Of a stretch of 64,000 bases of DNA, positions 1 through 10,574 are shown one piece after another. The number at the start of each line of letters is the position of its first letter. Positions within the stretch are counted from its first letter, which is position 1. The notes below the pieces were generated by a model that was given only the letters and a program-made list of their open reading frames with translations, made no database searches and was not told the DNA's origin. Position numbers and translations under genes: made by a program. Source of the stretch: Granulosicoccus sp. (GTDB lineage Bacteria > Pseudomonadota > Gammaproteobacteria > Granulosicoccales > Granulosicoccaceae); NCBI GenBank assembly GCA_023301725.1, contig JALZUD010000079.1, positions 3,324 to 67,323 of the forward strand, written 5' to 3'.

Positions 1-240
1 CTCCAGAGGAAGTCCACCAACAAACATCTTTTTCACGTAAAAGCCTCAATATTTCAATTCTGTCGATGCTGAAAACTACGCAGCCCATTGCACAACGATA
101 GTGTGAGCGTTGGAAAAATGCAGACTTTTCAGCGTCTTGTACCCGCGGCAAAGGCCGCTAGGCAGGCTGTGTGGGGCAAATCCGACACCGACATATGCCG
201 TTTCGCCGGTGGTTTACCATCAACACATATAAGCCATAAG

Positions 241-275
241 TGTACTCCTAAGTTGACGGTATGGCTAGGAGTACA
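241..275. other. Perfect 10-bp inverted repeat containing AGGAG
   Basis: TGTACTCCTA (241-250) and TAGGAGTACA (266-275), 15-nt loop, just downstream of the GIY-YIG stop; no clear U-tract. Confidence 0.6.
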
Positions 276-310
276 GGTGGTGGGCATCAGCACCTGCTCG
301 CGGATGCACC

Positions 311-571
311 TTATTGCGTAAGCCGTAACTTTGCGTTTCTTGAAAGGCGTTTTATCGCCCATTCGCGCTTCGCTGCTGCTGAGCGGGTGGCTGCACGCTC
401 TTGGTAGACCAGCTCCACTGGTCGACGTGCACTGGTGTAGGCCGCGCCTTTGCCACGTTTCCCGTTTTGGTCAATGCCGTTGTGCTCTGCAACACGTCTT
501 GGCACATTTGTGGTGATGCCAGTGTACAGCGTGAGGTCGTTACACTTTACTATGTACACGTTCCAAGTCAA
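311..571 (-). CDS. GIY-YIG nuclease, YhbQ/UPF0213 family
   Basis: WNVYIVKC..LYTGITTNVPRRVAEHN..GAAYT..RRPVELVY.E...RSAA.KREW.IK.LSR. Start moved to TTG 571, preceded by GGAGG at 5 nt; the track ORF starts at 679. Confidence 0.88.
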   Translation of the reverse strand: MTWNVYIVKCNDLTLYTGITTNVPRRVAEHNGIDQNGKRGKGAAYTSARRPVELVYQERAATRSAAAKREWAIKRLSRNAKLRLTQ

Positions 572-582
572 CTCATCCTCCA

Positions 583-1524
583 ATGCCTGATCATCAGCCT
601 GCGCCGTCTGCCGAATCTGTTCCTGTTGCTGGGCCCGTGAGCTCATCAGACGGGGCGTCCAAAGATACAGAGTCCGCAAAGACCTTGGCGAGTGAACACA
701 CTCACCCCAAGCAGACAGACTCGCGCGATGAGGCCTTTGGCTCTCTGGCCCGTGTTTATGGCCGGCAGGGTTTCGATGAACTCCCGCAACTCAGAATCTG
801 TGTGGTAGGTATTGGTGGGGTTGGCTCGTGGGCTGTTGAGGCCCTTGCGCGTACAGGTGTCGGACATATCACAATGATAGATCATGACGATGTGTCTACC
901 AGCAATATCAATCGTCAGTTGCATGCACTGCACACGACCGTTAACAAGTCGAAGGTTGAAATCATGCGTGAGCGGCTGTTGTTGATCAACCCCACCGCCG
1001 ACATCGTGGCTGAGGATGATTTTCTGGCGGAGAAAAATCTGGCTCATTATCTTGAACGCGATTTTGATGTAGTCATTGACGCGATAGATAATATCCGCTT
1101 CAAGGTGGCAGCCATTGCTCATTGTAAGCGCAACAAAATACGGATTATTACCACCGGTGGTGCAGGTGGGCGTGTGGATCCGCTGCAGGTGGGCGTTGCC
1201 GATCTCTCTCGCACCTGGAACGATGCATTAGCGGCTAAAGTGCGTTCGCGACTGCGCTCAGACTATGGATTTACAAGTAACCCTAAGCGTCGTTTCGGCA
1301 TTGAGTGCGTGTATTCGTCCGAGCAACCCCTCTACCCAGATAGTGGCGGTGAGGTCAGCCACACAAAACCAGGTGTTGCCGGCGCGCGACTTGACTGCGA
1401 CCAAGGCTATGGCTCCGTGGCCTACGTTACTGGCACCTTTGGGTTGGTTGCAGCCTCCAGAGCTGTAAACCGAGCTTTGGCGCAACGTTTGCGTAACAAA
1501 TCATCAGCTTTGGATCAATCATGA
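583..1524 (+). CDS. tcdA: tRNA threonylcarbamoyladenosine dehydratase (ThiF/E1-like)
   Basis: FGSLARVYG, VVGIGGVGSWAVEALARTG, NINRQLHAL, TTGGAGG, GIECVYSSEQ. True start may be downstream (GTG 637 or TTG 685). Confidence 0.92.
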   Translation: MPDHQPAPSAESVPVAGPVSSSDGASKDTESAKTLASEHTHPKQTDSRDEAFGSLARVYGRQGFDELPQLRICVVGIGGVGSWAVEALARTGVGHITMIDHDDVSTSNINRQLHALHTTVNKSKVEIMRERLLLINPTADIVAEDDFLAEKNLAHYLERDFDVVIDAIDNIRFKVAAIAHCKRNKIRIITTGGAGGRVDPLQVGVADLSRTWNDALAAKVRSRLRSDYGFTSNPKRRFGIECVYSSEQPLYPDSGGEVSHTKPGVAGARLDCDQGYGSVAYVTGTFGLVAASRAVNRALAQRLRNKSSALDQS

Positions 1525-2255
1525 AACCACTTACAGTCCGAGCTATACATACACGCCAACTCCAATTCCAATTCCCGATGCTACCGTTTTCTGTGTCTAC
1601 GAAGCCATTCAGGTGTTTAGAAATTAATCCCTTCCAACGACCTGCTGGCAAAGCGGTGGCAGTGGCGCTGTTGTGCCTAAATTTTCTGGCTGCATGTTCT
1701 GGTTCCGGATCCGATTCTGGAGCAGTAGGTGGACAGGCCACAGCACCCATTGACGATATGGTTAGCAGTGAGCAAACTCCAACGGTGCTGATCCTGCTGA
1801 GTGAAGATGCCAGTGTGCTTTCAGCGGTACCAGAAGTTGTATTCACACAGACGCTGGCAGACAGTGGTCTACGCGTTTCTTACACGCGGCTAGAGCAGCG
1901 ACTTCAAGCACCTGCGCTGGTGATTGAAGATCAATGGATACATATGCAGGCGTGCTTGGGGGTGGTGGATGAGCCGCCTCTTGTGTTAATTCGAGATAAC
2001 GCAGTAGAAGCGTTCACACCTGAAGATGAGGTTATTCTCAATGAGATTTTCGTAGCACCTGATTTTTCATTTGTGCCTACGGCCAGCTCATCCACACTCC
2101 ATGGCACCGTGATTCAGGTCATTGTGGAAGATTTTGATGGCACGCTAGGCATGCCCAATTTCAACCTTCGTTCAATAATGGGCCGACGCTTGTGGGTTGA
2201 TGCTAACTTGGCTGCGCGAGACTACCCCTTTGAGTGCGCCAGGCAGCAACCTTAG
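1521..2255 (+). CDS. Hypothetical lipoprotein
   Basis: 244-aa ORF overlapping the tcdA stop (ATGA); hydrophobic stretch ending in lipobox-like FLAAC followed by SGSGSDSG; start uncertain. Confidence 0.6.
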   Translation: MKPLTVRAIHTRQLQFQFPMLPFSVSTKPFRCLEINPFQRPAGKAVAVALLCLNFLAACSGSGSDSGAVGGQATAPIDDMVSSEQTPTVLILLSEDASVLSAVPEVVFTQTLADSGLRVSYTRLEQRLQAPALVIEDQWIHMQACLGVVDEPPLVLIRDNAVEAFTPEDEVILNEIFVAPDFSFVPTASSSTLHGTVIQVIVEDFDGTLGMPNFNLRSIMGRRLWVDANLAARDYPFECARQQP

Positions 2256-2347
2256 TCAGTTCGTTTAGCGACCGAACCGTCTCGGGCATAAAGGTTTATG
2301 GTGAACTGGGCGCTCGGATAGCGTAGACACGATGTGTTCGCTATTGG

Positions 2348-3184
2348 TCAGCCATCGACTAGGCGCGTAAGTCGTAGCCCACAGTCACCATCGATTTTCA
2401 GTGTGGCTAAGTCATCAGCTCTTGTTAATCCGTCATTGATGATGACAATAGGCTTACCCAATTGATGTGCATGGCGACAAAAACGAAAACCCGAATAGAC
2501 CATTAGCGAAGAGCCGACAACCAATAGCGCGTCTGTGTCTGCGACGCCTTGCATGGCATGGGCGACTATTGTTTTTGGTACTGTTTCTCCAAAGAAAACA
2601 ACATCGGGCTTGAGAATGCCATTACATTGGCTGCATTCTGGCACGTGCATGCTGCTTAGAGAGTCCAGTTCAAGGTCTGCGTCTCCATCAGGTGCATGTG
2701 CGGCAGTGAGCTCATTAAGCCACGCATTGTGCTCTAGTAATTGCGTTTGAAAGTCGTCTCTATCGAGCGTGTGTTTGCAATCAATACAGCTAACAGTTGC
2801 CAGAACACCGTGCAGATCAACCACATCGGTGTGGCCAGCTTTTTGGTGAAGTCGATCCACGTTCTGCGTTACCAGTAGTGGAATGCGTCCTTGTTGTTGA
2901 AGTTGTTTGAGGGCCGTGTGTGCCAAGCCTGGTTGTGCGCTACTGAACGATGGCCAACCTACTGAGCTTCTAGCCCAGTAGCGTTTGCGTGACGCTTCGC
3001 TGCTGATGAACAGTTGCCCAGTGATCGGTTGCTTGCGTTTCCATTGGCCCGATTTGTCGCGATAGTCTCCTAGGCCACTAGAAGTGCTGCAGCCTGCACC
3101 GGTGAGTACCATTAGCTTGGGATGCCGCGCCATGAAGCTGACTAACTGTTCGTCTTGAATGTCTCTGGCAGTTGTCATTGGCAT
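2348..3184 (-). CDS. NAD-dependent protein deacylase, sirtuin class II (SIRT4/CobB2-like)
   Basis: LTGAGCSTSSGLGDYR, TQNVDRLHQKAG, LHG, CIDC..CSQC, LKPDVVFFGE, VVGSSL. Start set at ATG 3184 (or 3178). Confidence 0.92.
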   Translation of the reverse strand: MPMTTARDIQDEQLVSFMARHPKLMVLTGAGCSTSSGLGDYRDKSGQWKRKQPITGQLFISSEASRKRYWARSSVGWPSFSSAQPGLAHTALKQLQQQGRIPLLVTQNVDRLHQKAGHTDVVDLHGVLATVSCIDCKHTLDRDDFQTQLLEHNAWLNELTAAHAPDGDADLELDSLSSMHVPECSQCNGILKPDVVFFGETVPKTIVAHAMQGVADTDALLVVGSSLMVYSGFRFCRHAHQLGKPIVIINDGLTRADDLATLKIDGDCGLRLTRLVDG

Positions 3185-3198
3185 TTGTTGGTTATGGT

Positions 3199-4005
3199 TT
3201 ATAGGTCTCCCAGCAAAGACTGCAACAGTACGATGCAAGCTGGCCCTGCTGTTTCAGTACGTAAAATACGCGGCCCTAGAGTCACAGGTTGCGCTCCATT
3301 TGCGATAGCTTCATTGATTTCTTGTGGGTCGAGACCGCTCTCAGGGCCAATGATCAAGGTAACTTCGCATTGCTCGGTATTGGTATGCCATTCTCGCGCC
3401 GCTTGTGAGAGAGATTGTTTGGCGAGTGGATCAAGTACGAAAGTGATGTTTTTGTCGTCGTGGGGCTGTAAATTTTGCACCCATTGTGGGTAACTGAGTG
3501 AGTCATTCAAAATGGGAACAGCAGCTCTACCACTTTGTTCGCAAGCACTGATGACAATGCTTTGCCAGTGCAGTGATTTTTTTAATGAACGCTTTTCGTC
3601 ACCAGGTTTTTGCGAGTGACGACTGTAAACCGGTTGAATGCAGTTAACGCCCAGTTCAACCGCCTGACGCAAGCTGATGTCCATTCTTTCGGCTCTGGAT
3701 ACGCACTGCACCAAAGTGACTCGCAAGGGTGATTCGGGAATACCACTTTGTTGTTTATGAACACGCAGTACCACGTGTTTGGCAGAGCCGCGTTCAGCGG
3801 CATTCACTATCGTAGCGGGGTAGTCGTAACCATCGCCATTGAACAGCATCACATGGTCGCCAGATTTGCTCCGAAGTACTGTGATCAGATGGTGGCTCGC
3901 TTGTTTGTCCAGAATCAGATCTGATTCAACCTGAATAGCGCCGTCGTAATAGAACCGTCCAACCCGCGCGCTACGATGGCTGGTTTTTTTGTTAGCGTCT
4001 GCCAA
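3199..4005 (-). CDS. rsmE: 16S rRNA m3U1498 methyltransferase
   Basis: HHLITVLR, AVELGV, SACEQSGR, IIGPESG, LGPRILRTETA SPOUT motifs. Confidence 0.95.
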   Translation of the reverse strand: MADANKKTSHRSARVGRFYYDGAIQVESDLILDKQASHHLITVLRSKSGDHVMLFNGDGYDYPATIVNAAERGSAKHVVLRVHKQQSGIPESPLRVTLVQCVSRAERMDISLRQAVELGVNCIQPVYSRHSQKPGDEKRSLKKSLHWQSIVISACEQSGRAAVPILNDSLSYPQWVQNLQPHDDKNITFVLDPLAKQSLSQAAREWHTNTEQCEVTLIIGPESGLDPQEINEAIANGAQPVTLGPRILRTETAGPACIVLLQSLLGDL

Positions 4006-5719
4006 TGCCTAACAACCCCAGACCCGAAGCCGGATCCAATTGATCACGTAGTGTTTTCTGACTACGCTCTAACAGTCGTTGAATACACCACTCGAATTCT
4101 GTTTGCGCTGTCTGTAGGTCAAGCTCGCGGTTGTCCGGCCAATAGGCCTTGGTGGCAAGTTTAACCAGAAATGCATGTTGCCCTGTATCCCGAAATCTTT
4201 CGAGCAGCCGCGCTGTGGTTATTGTGTGATCGCTTTGTATGCTGCTTATCAATTGCTGCAGAATGTGCGCACCAGCCCACTCGGTATTAATACTTTGCGC
4301 AGATGTTGTTGGTAGCTCAATGGCAACTTCAGGATGTTGCAAGCACAATAAAACAGCGCGACTCATGATAGTGAGTCCACCTTCATCTCTCTGCCGTGGC
4401 CGTCTGGTGTTTCCAGGTCTTGAATTGTTCTGCTTATAGCCGCTTTGATTAACACCTGCTTTGTTTACGCCAAGGGAGAGTCCGATGAGTGCTTCTAACC
4501 TCTGTGTGGCCAGTTGCTTGTAAACACCAGCGGGTATCGTTTTTAGCAGTGGCTTGGCTTTCTCTGCCAGTTGCGCCTTGCCGCCGATACTGCCCATGTC
4601 AATATCTTCAGACAGGTGCTGATACAAATAATCAATGATGGAGATGCGCTGGGCCATAAGATCGTTAAAGTTGGCAGCGCCGCCAGCCTTAACCACACTG
4701 TCTGGATCTTCACCATCAGGTAAAAACAGAAAGTGCGCGTCTCGACCATCATTCAGGCAGGGTAGTGTTGCTTGCAATGCGCGCCACGCTGCTGCACGTC
4801 CGGCACGATCACCATCAAAACAAAATACAAGGGTGGGAACTGTTTTAAATAGCAGTTGCGAATGCTGTTCGTTTGCTGCAGTGCCTAAAGTGGCAACAAC
4901 GTTCTCTATGCCATGTTCGGCAAGCGCCACCACATCCATGTAGCCCTCCACCACAATGACAGAACCGTGATCCTGGGCCGCTTTGCGTGCCTCAAAAAGC
5001 CCGTACACTTCGGAGCCTTTATGAAATAGCGGTGTTTCTGGTGAGTTAAGGTACTTAGGCTCCTGATTGTCGAGCACTCGACCGCCAAATCCGATAACAC
5101 GACCGCGTGAGTCCTTGATCGGAAACATAATGCGATTTCTGAAACGCTGGTAAGGACGTTTACCGCCGTCAGGCTTAATCAACATGCCTGTTTTTATCAG
5201 AGCCTGATCTTCCCCCGGGATATGTTGCTGTAGTGTGTCCCAGCCATCAGGTATGTAGCCTATGTCAAAGCGTTTGGCCGTCTCGCCACTTAGGCCTCGC
5301 GCCTTGAGGTAGTCGATAGCTTCTTGAGACTGGCGAAGTTGAGCTTGATAGAAGGTGGATACTGAGGCCATAAGCGTATACAGCGGTTTGATGTCGTCAG
5401 CGCTACGCTTTTGTGCCGCATCTCTGGGCACTTCCATACCCACGCTTTCAGCCAGTGTTTCGATGGCATCGACAAAATGCATATTGTCGTATTCCATGAG
5501 AAAACTGATGGCGTTGCCATTCACCCCACACCCGAAGCAGTGATAAAACTGTTTGGGCTGACTGACAGAGAAGGAGGGGGTTTTTTCGTTGTGGAAGGGG
5601 CAACAGGCGCTGTAGTTAGCGCCGCTTTTTTTCAGGGTGACTCGCGGATCGATAACCTCGACGATATCGACTCTTGCGAGCACTGTGTCGATGAAATCTT
5701 GTGGGATTGAACCTGCCAT
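3992..5719 (-). CDS. dnaG: DNA primase
   Basis: CCPFHNEKTPSF..YHCFGCG zinc finger, RFRNRIMFPI, KYLNSPET, TOPRIM VVEGYMDV and FCFDGDRAG. Confidence 0.97.
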   Translation of the reverse strand: MAGSIPQDFIDTVLARVDIVEVIDPRVTLKKSGANYSACCPFHNEKTPSFSVSQPKQFYHCFGCGVNGNAISFLMEYDNMHFVDAIETLAESVGMEVPRDAAQKRSADDIKPLYTLMASVSTFYQAQLRQSQEAIDYLKARGLSGETAKRFDIGYIPDGWDTLQQHIPGEDQALIKTGMLIKPDGGKRPYQRFRNRIMFPIKDSRGRVIGFGGRVLDNQEPKYLNSPETPLFHKGSEVYGLFEARKAAQDHGSVIVVEGYMDVVALAEHGIENVVATLGTAANEQHSQLLFKTVPTLVFCFDGDRAGRAAAWRALQATLPCLNDGRDAHFLFLPDGEDPDSVVKAGGAANFNDLMAQRISIIDYLYQHLSEDIDMGSIGGKAQLAEKAKPLLKTIPAGVYKQLATQRLEALIGLSLGVNKAGVNQSGYKQNNSRPGNTRRPRQRDEGGLTIMSRAVLLCLQHPEVAIELPTTSAQSINTEWAGAHILQQLISSIQSDHTITTARLLERFRDTGQHAFLVKLATKAYWPDNRELDLQTAQTEFEWCIQRLLERSQKTLRDQLDPASGLGLLGIGRR

Positions 5720-5783
5720 GGTCTCACTATACGCTCGTCATCAGGGCGATGCGAGTATCACTTATCGGTCGTGCGACATGGGT

Positions 5784-5820
5784 CTGGCCGGACGCTGTCA
5801 AGAGTGACTCGTCCGGCCAG
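5784..5820. other. GC-rich stem-loop between gltB and dnaG
   Basis: CTGGCCGGACG/CGTCCGGCCAG 11-bp perfect stem plus inner GTCA/TGAC; no U-tract on either strand. Confidence 0.6.
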
Positions 5821-5838
5821 TATTCAGCTCATAGTGTG

Positions 5839-8800
5839 CTATGCAGCACGTCCTAGAGTCTGTAACAGCTCGCCCAGTTCCGCAGCTTTTGGCTTGACCA
5901 TCCAGAAACGCGCTGCCAGAGAATAGAAGTCGTCGACCATTTGTTGGCCAAGCGTGCTTCCCGTCTCGGTGACATGATCTTCCAGCAAAGTGAGCAGGTA
6001 GTTTCTGTAGCGTTCCATTGATTCAGCATGCAATCGGTGGATATCAATAAGCTCATGGTTGTAGCGATCTACAAAGACATTGTGTTGATCATAGACAAAG
6101 CCAAGTCCACCGGTCATGCCGGCACCAAAATTCACGCCGGTTTCGCCCAATACAACGATACAGCCGCCCGTCATGTATTCACAACCATGATCACCAATGC
6201 CTTCAATAACCGACACCGCACCACTGTTACGAACAGCGAAGCGCTCGCCACCTATTCCAGCGGCATACAACTGACCACCGGTTGCGCCATAGAGACAGGT
6301 GTTGCCAACAATGGCAGAATCTCTGCCACGAAAACGTGCATCGTGTGGGGGGCGGATAACAATCTTGCCTCCAGCCATACCCTTGCCCACATAATCGTTC
6401 GCGTCGCCATCCAGATACAGGTTCAATCCTCCGGCATTCCAGACACCAAACGATTGCCCGGCTGTACCTGTGAATCTAATATTCAGTGGCGAGTCTTCCA
6501 TGCCTTTGTCACCATGAACACGCGCAATTTCACCCGACAAGCGTGCACCGATAGAACGATTGATGTTCTTGATGGAGTAGTGAAAGTCACCACCGGCTTT
6601 TTTGCGAATAGCCGTCTTGCAATCAGACACCATTTGCTCTGCCAGTAAGCCTTTGTCGTGCGGAATATTGCGTTCCACCATGCAAAAGCGCGGCGCATCT
6701 TCGGGCACGCCACCGGTCGCTAGCAACGGGCTGAGATCCAATCGCTTTTGACGCTCGGTATTACCCGTGGCAGGTTTCAGATACTCAGGCTTTCCAATAA
6801 TCTCGCTTAAGTTTCGAACACCAATGCTTGCCATGTGTCGACGCACGTCTTCGGCGACGAACTGCATGTAGTTCATGACCTTTTCAACGTTGCCGTGGAA
6901 ATGGCGCATACGCAAGACTTTGTGCTGTGTGGCAATGCCGGTTGCGCAATTATTCAGGTGGCAGATACGCAAGTACTTGCAACCCATGGCTATCATCGGC
7001 CCAGTACCAAAACCGAAGCTCTCTGCACCTAGTATGGCTGCCTTGATAACATCGAGGCCTGTTTTTAAGCCACCGTCGGCTTGAACTCTCACATTGCCAC
7101 GTAGCCCGTTTGCTCTGAGAACCTGATGAGTTTCGGACATGCCCAGTTCCCACGGTGAGCCCGCGTACTTGACGCTGGTGAGTGGGGAGGCGCCCGTGCC
7201 GCCGTCGTAACCGGATATGGTGATTAGATCAGCATAGGCTTTGGCTACTCCTGCGGCAATAGTACCGACGCCTGCCTCAGCTACCAGTTTCACAGATATC
7301 AACGCTTCAGGATTGACTTGCTTCAAATCAAATATTAATTGAGCGAGGTCTTCTATTGAGTAGATATCGTGATGCGGAGGCGGAGAGATCAGCGCCACGC
7401 CCGGATTGCTGTGGCGCAAGCGCGCAATCATCTCGTTGACCTTGTGCCCAGGTAGCTGGCCGCCTTCACCGGGTTTTGCACCCTGTGCAATTTTAATTTG
7501 TAAGACTTCAGCATTTACTAGGTAGTGAGGTGTGACACCAAAACGACCCGAAGCAATTTGCTTGATCTTCGACATTTTGTTTGTGCCGTAGCGGGCCTTA
7601 TCTTCACCACCTTCACCTGAATTCGAGCGTCCGCCCAATCGGTTCATGGCTTCTGCCAAAGTTTCATGAGCCTCAGGGGATAACGCGCCAAGTGACATAC
7701 CCGCTGAATCAAAGCGTTTGAGAATAGACTCAACCGGCTCTACCGCTCCCACCGGAATAGGCGGGCCTTTGGGCGTCAGTTCCAGTAGATCACGGAGCAT
7801 GGAAGGCCTGCGGCCATCGACAGTGTCAGCGTATGTTTTGTAGTCTTCGTACTCGCCGCTGGTTACTGCAGCTTGTAGCTGTTGCACCACGTCCGGGTTG
7901 TACGCGTGGTATTCACCGCCGTGTATGTACTTCAGCAAGCCACCTTGTGAGATGGCAACCTGAGGATTGAAAGCCGACTTGGCCAAGGTACTGATGTCAG
8001 TATGTAGGTCTGAAAAATCGATACCCTGAATACGGCTGGTGGTGCCCTTAAAGCAAAGATCGACTACCGAGCTATGCAGCCCGACAATTTCATAGAGCTG
8101 AGCGCCTCGATAGCTGGATACAGTGGAGATACCCATCTTCGATAGGATCTTCATTAGACCCTTGTTTATGCCCTTGCGATAGTTCTGTTCCAGCTGCGCA
8201 ACGTCGGTGGCTGGCAGCTCTCCAGTGCGTGTTAAACCCTGAATGCTTTCGTATGCCAGATACGGGTACACGCAAGTAGCGCCGTAACCCACGAGGACCG
8301 CGATTTGATGAGAATCTCTGGCTGTGCCTGTGTCTATTACTAGATTGGCATCGCAACGACAATCCGCTTTGATCAGCGCATGATGCACAGCGCCTGTGGC
8401 AAGTAAGGCATGCACAGGTAGCAAGTTGCTGGCAAGATCGCGATCACTGAGAATGATGATGACTTTTTGATCAACGTTTACAGCGCTGATTGCAGAATCA
8501 CATATGCGCTTAACTGCCGCCTCAAGTGTTTCTGACTCTGGATCGTATTGCAGGCTCAGAATAACGTGTGAGTAGCCTGGTTCGTCGTCCATGGCCAGTA
8601 GTGTCTGGAATTTTTCGCTCGACAGAACGGGCGATCGAACCAGTAGGCGATTAGCGTGATGATGGGTTTCACGAAACAGGTTTTTCTCTCGCCCCAAGCA
8701 TGTTTCCAACGACATGACAATCGTTTCTCGCAGGGGGTCGATAGGTGGGTTAGTAACCTGAGCAAACTGTTGGCGAAAGTTATCGTAGAGGTGCCGAACA

Positions 8801-10326
8801 TGTTCAGACATAACCGGAAACGGTGTGTCATCGCCCATCGATCCGATAGCTTCTGAAGCGCCTTCTGCCAGTACGCGTATCACTTGATCGCGCTCCTCAA
8901 AGCTGACGTTGAACATCTTTTCATAGATGGCCAGTTGGTCGTCTTCCATAGGAGGTAGCGGCTCAGGCATATCTCGCAATGCTGACCTGAGATGGCGTGC
9001 GTTCTTTTGCAACCATTTTGCATAAGGCTGGCGGTGCTTGAGTACATCACTGATATCTTGCGGGAGCAACAACCGGCCAGATTGCGTGTCTATTGCCAGC
9101 ATTTCGCCGGGCTTTAGCCGGCCTTTGCTGGTGATGTCGCTTGGCAAGTAGTCGTAGACACCGACCTCAGAGGCCAGTGTGATGTGTCTGTCTTTGCTGA
9201 TGACGTAGCGTGCGGGGCGAAGTCCGTTGCGATCCAGTACGCAGCTCGCATAGCGACCGTCTGACAGAACGACACCGGCTGGTCCATCCCAAGGCTCCAT
9301 GTGCATCGAGTTGTACTCGAGAAAGGCGCGCAGGTCTGAGTCGAGCTCCCATGTGTTCTGCCAAGCGGGTGGCATTAACATGCGCATGGCTCTAAACACA
9401 TCGATGCCACCTGCTAGCAGCAGCTCCAGCATGTTGTCGAGCGACATGGAGTCCGAGCCGGTCTGGCTGACCAGTGGTAGAAGCTCGTTGAGTTCTGGAA
9501 GCACAGGCGATCGAAGCTTGCTTGCGCGAGCGTTCGCCCAGTTACGATTGCCCTGAATGGTGTTGATTTCACCGTTATGCGCCAGGTACCTAAAGGGTTG
9601 AGCTAGACGCCACTGTGGCAATGTGTTGGTAGAGAATCGCTGGTGGAATACCGCTATGGATGACTCCAGGGTGGGGTCTTCAAGATCCTTATAGAAACTG
9701 GCCAGATATTCTGGCATCACCAAGCCTTTGTAGAGAATGACATCGCCTGATAATGAATTGACATAGAAGTCTTTGTCAGAGTCACCCAATTCAATTTCTG
9801 CACGCCGTCTGGCAACAAATAGGTGGCGGTTGAACTCCGCTGTGTCCATGTCCTCTGTGGCCGAAACGAATAGCTGCTCTATAACCGGAACGCTGTTTTG
9901 CGCTTCAGCGCCACACGCTGATATATCCGTGGGCACCACGCGCCAGCCATTGACCTGCAGTCCGCGCTTTTCGCATTCAGATCCAAGCACATCTTTGGCT
10001 GCCTGCGCTTTGGCAGGGTCGCGACTCAAAAAGACAATGCCTGTGCCAAATTCGCTACCCAGTGTCAGGCCGGCTTCGCTTGCCACTCTACGTAAGAATG
10101 CGTCTGGTTTTCTGAGTAACAAGCCACAGCCGTCACCGCTTTTTCCGTCAGCACCAATGGCACCTCGATGGGTCATGCGACCCAGGGCGGTAATCGCTGT
10201 TTCAACCAGCCAATGACTGGCTCGTCCATCCATTTGCGCAATCAGGCCGAAGCCGCAGTTGTCACGCTCAAATTCGGGTTGGTACATGCCGTGTTCGGCG
10301 AGATTATCAAGGTAGGTCATAGGCAA
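5839..10326 (-). CDS. gltB: Glutamate synthase large subunit
   Basis: ERDNCGFG (catalytic Cys), [49 protein letters not shown] domain; 1495 aa. Confidence 0.98.
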   Translation of the reverse strand: MPMTYLDNLAEHGMYQPEFERDNCGFGLIAQMDGRASHWLVETAITALGRMTHRGAIGADGKSGDGCGLLLRKPDAFLRRVASEAGLTLGSEFGTGIVFLSRDPAKAQAAKDVLGSECEKRGLQVNGWRVVPTDISACGAEAQNSVPVIEQLFVSATEDMDTAEFNRHLFVARRRAEIELGDSDKDFYVNSLSGDVILYKGLVMPEYLASFYKDLEDPTLESSIAVFHQRFSTNTLPQWRLAQPFRYLAHNGEINTIQGNRNWANARASKLRSPVLPELNELLPLVSQTGSDSMSLDNMLELLLAGGIDVFRAMRMLMPPAWQNTWELDSDLRAFLEYNSMHMEPWDGPAGVVLSDGRYASCVLDRNGLRPARYVISKDRHITLASEVGVYDYLPSDITSKGRLKPGEMLAIDTQSGRLLLPQDISDVLKHRQPYAKWLQKNARHLRSALRDMPEPLPPMEDDQLAIYEKMFNVSFEERDQVIRVLAEGASEAIGSMGDDTPFPVMSEHVRHLYDNFRQQFAQVTNPPIDPLRETIVMSLETCLGREKNLFRETHHHANRLLVRSPVLSSEKFQTLLAMDDEPGYSHVILSLQYDPESETLEAAVKRICDSAISAVNVDQKVIIILSDRDLASNLLPVHALLATGAVHHALIKADCRCDANLVIDTGTARDSHQIAVLVGYGATCVYPYLAYESIQGLTRTGELPATDVAQLEQNYRKGINKGLMKILSKMGISTVSSYRGAQLYEIVGLHSSVVDLCFKGTTSRIQGIDFSDLHTDISTLAKSAFNPQVAISQGGLLKYIHGGEYHAYNPDVVQQLQAAVTSGEYEDYKTYADTVDGRRPSMLRDLLELTPKGPPIPVGAVEPVESILKRFDSAGMSLGALSPEAHETLAEAMNRLGGRSNSGEGGEDKARYGTNKMSKIKQIASGRFGVTPHYLVNAEVLQIKIAQGAKPGEGGQLPGHKVNEMIARLRHSNPGVALISPPPHHDIYSIEDLAQLIFDLKQVNPEALISVKLVAEAGVGTIAAGVAKAYADLITISGYDGGTGASPLTSVKYAGSPWELGMSETHQVLRANGLRGNVRVQADGGLKTGLDVIKAAILGAESFGFGTGPMIAMGCKYLRICHLNNCATGIATQHKVLRMRHFHGNVEKVMNYMQFVAEDVRRHMASIGVRNLSEIIGKPEYLKPATGNTERQKRLDLSPLLATGGVPEDAPRFCMVERNIPHDKGLLAEQMVSDCKTAIRKKAGGDFHYSIKNINRSIGARLSGEIARVHGDKGMEDSPLNIRFTGTAGQSFGVWNAGGLNLYLDGDANDYVGKGMAGGKIVIRPPHDARFRGRDSAIVGNTCLYGATGGQLYAAGIGGERFAVRNSGAVSVIEGIGDHGCEYMTGGCIVVLGETGVNFGAGMTGGLGFVYDQHNVFVDRYNHELIDIHRLHAESMERYRNYLLTLLEDHVTETGSTLGQQMVDDFYSLAARFWMVKPKAAELGELLQTLGRAA

Positions 10327-10574
10327 GATATAGAGTTCCCTAGCGCATACTTGCGTCTGAAAATCAGACGCCGTCCAGAAGGATGCTGATATAGCAGTGC
10401 AGCAGTATAACGGTATACGCTTAAGACAAAACGGACGGATCTATCTGGGGGGCTGTGCAGTGGAAATAACTCGTTCCGAAGCTATCTTTATTGATTACAG
10501 CCCTATCTGAATGGTTTTTGGCGGCCTTTGGGCTTAAAGCCTCCCTTAGGTCAGCCTTAATTTCAGCGCTGCAT

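Noticed and set aside
1-20. Minus-strand GGACTTCCTCTGGAG resembles the glycine riboswitch inter-aptamer junction
   Set aside because: No upstream aptamer motifs (CACCGAAG, TCAGG); truncated by the window edge; GGAG is more simply an RBS.
311-571. GIY-YIG nuclease as mobiliser of the REP-like repeats
   Set aside because: It is the YhbQ-type family, has no flanking repeats, and is 23 kb from the only repeats seen.
6028-6648. 206-aa ORF antisense to gltB, and other shadow ORFs opposite tcdA, gltD, coxA and cca
   Set aside because: Fully inside conserved genes on the opposite strand with no motifs; expected from codon bias.
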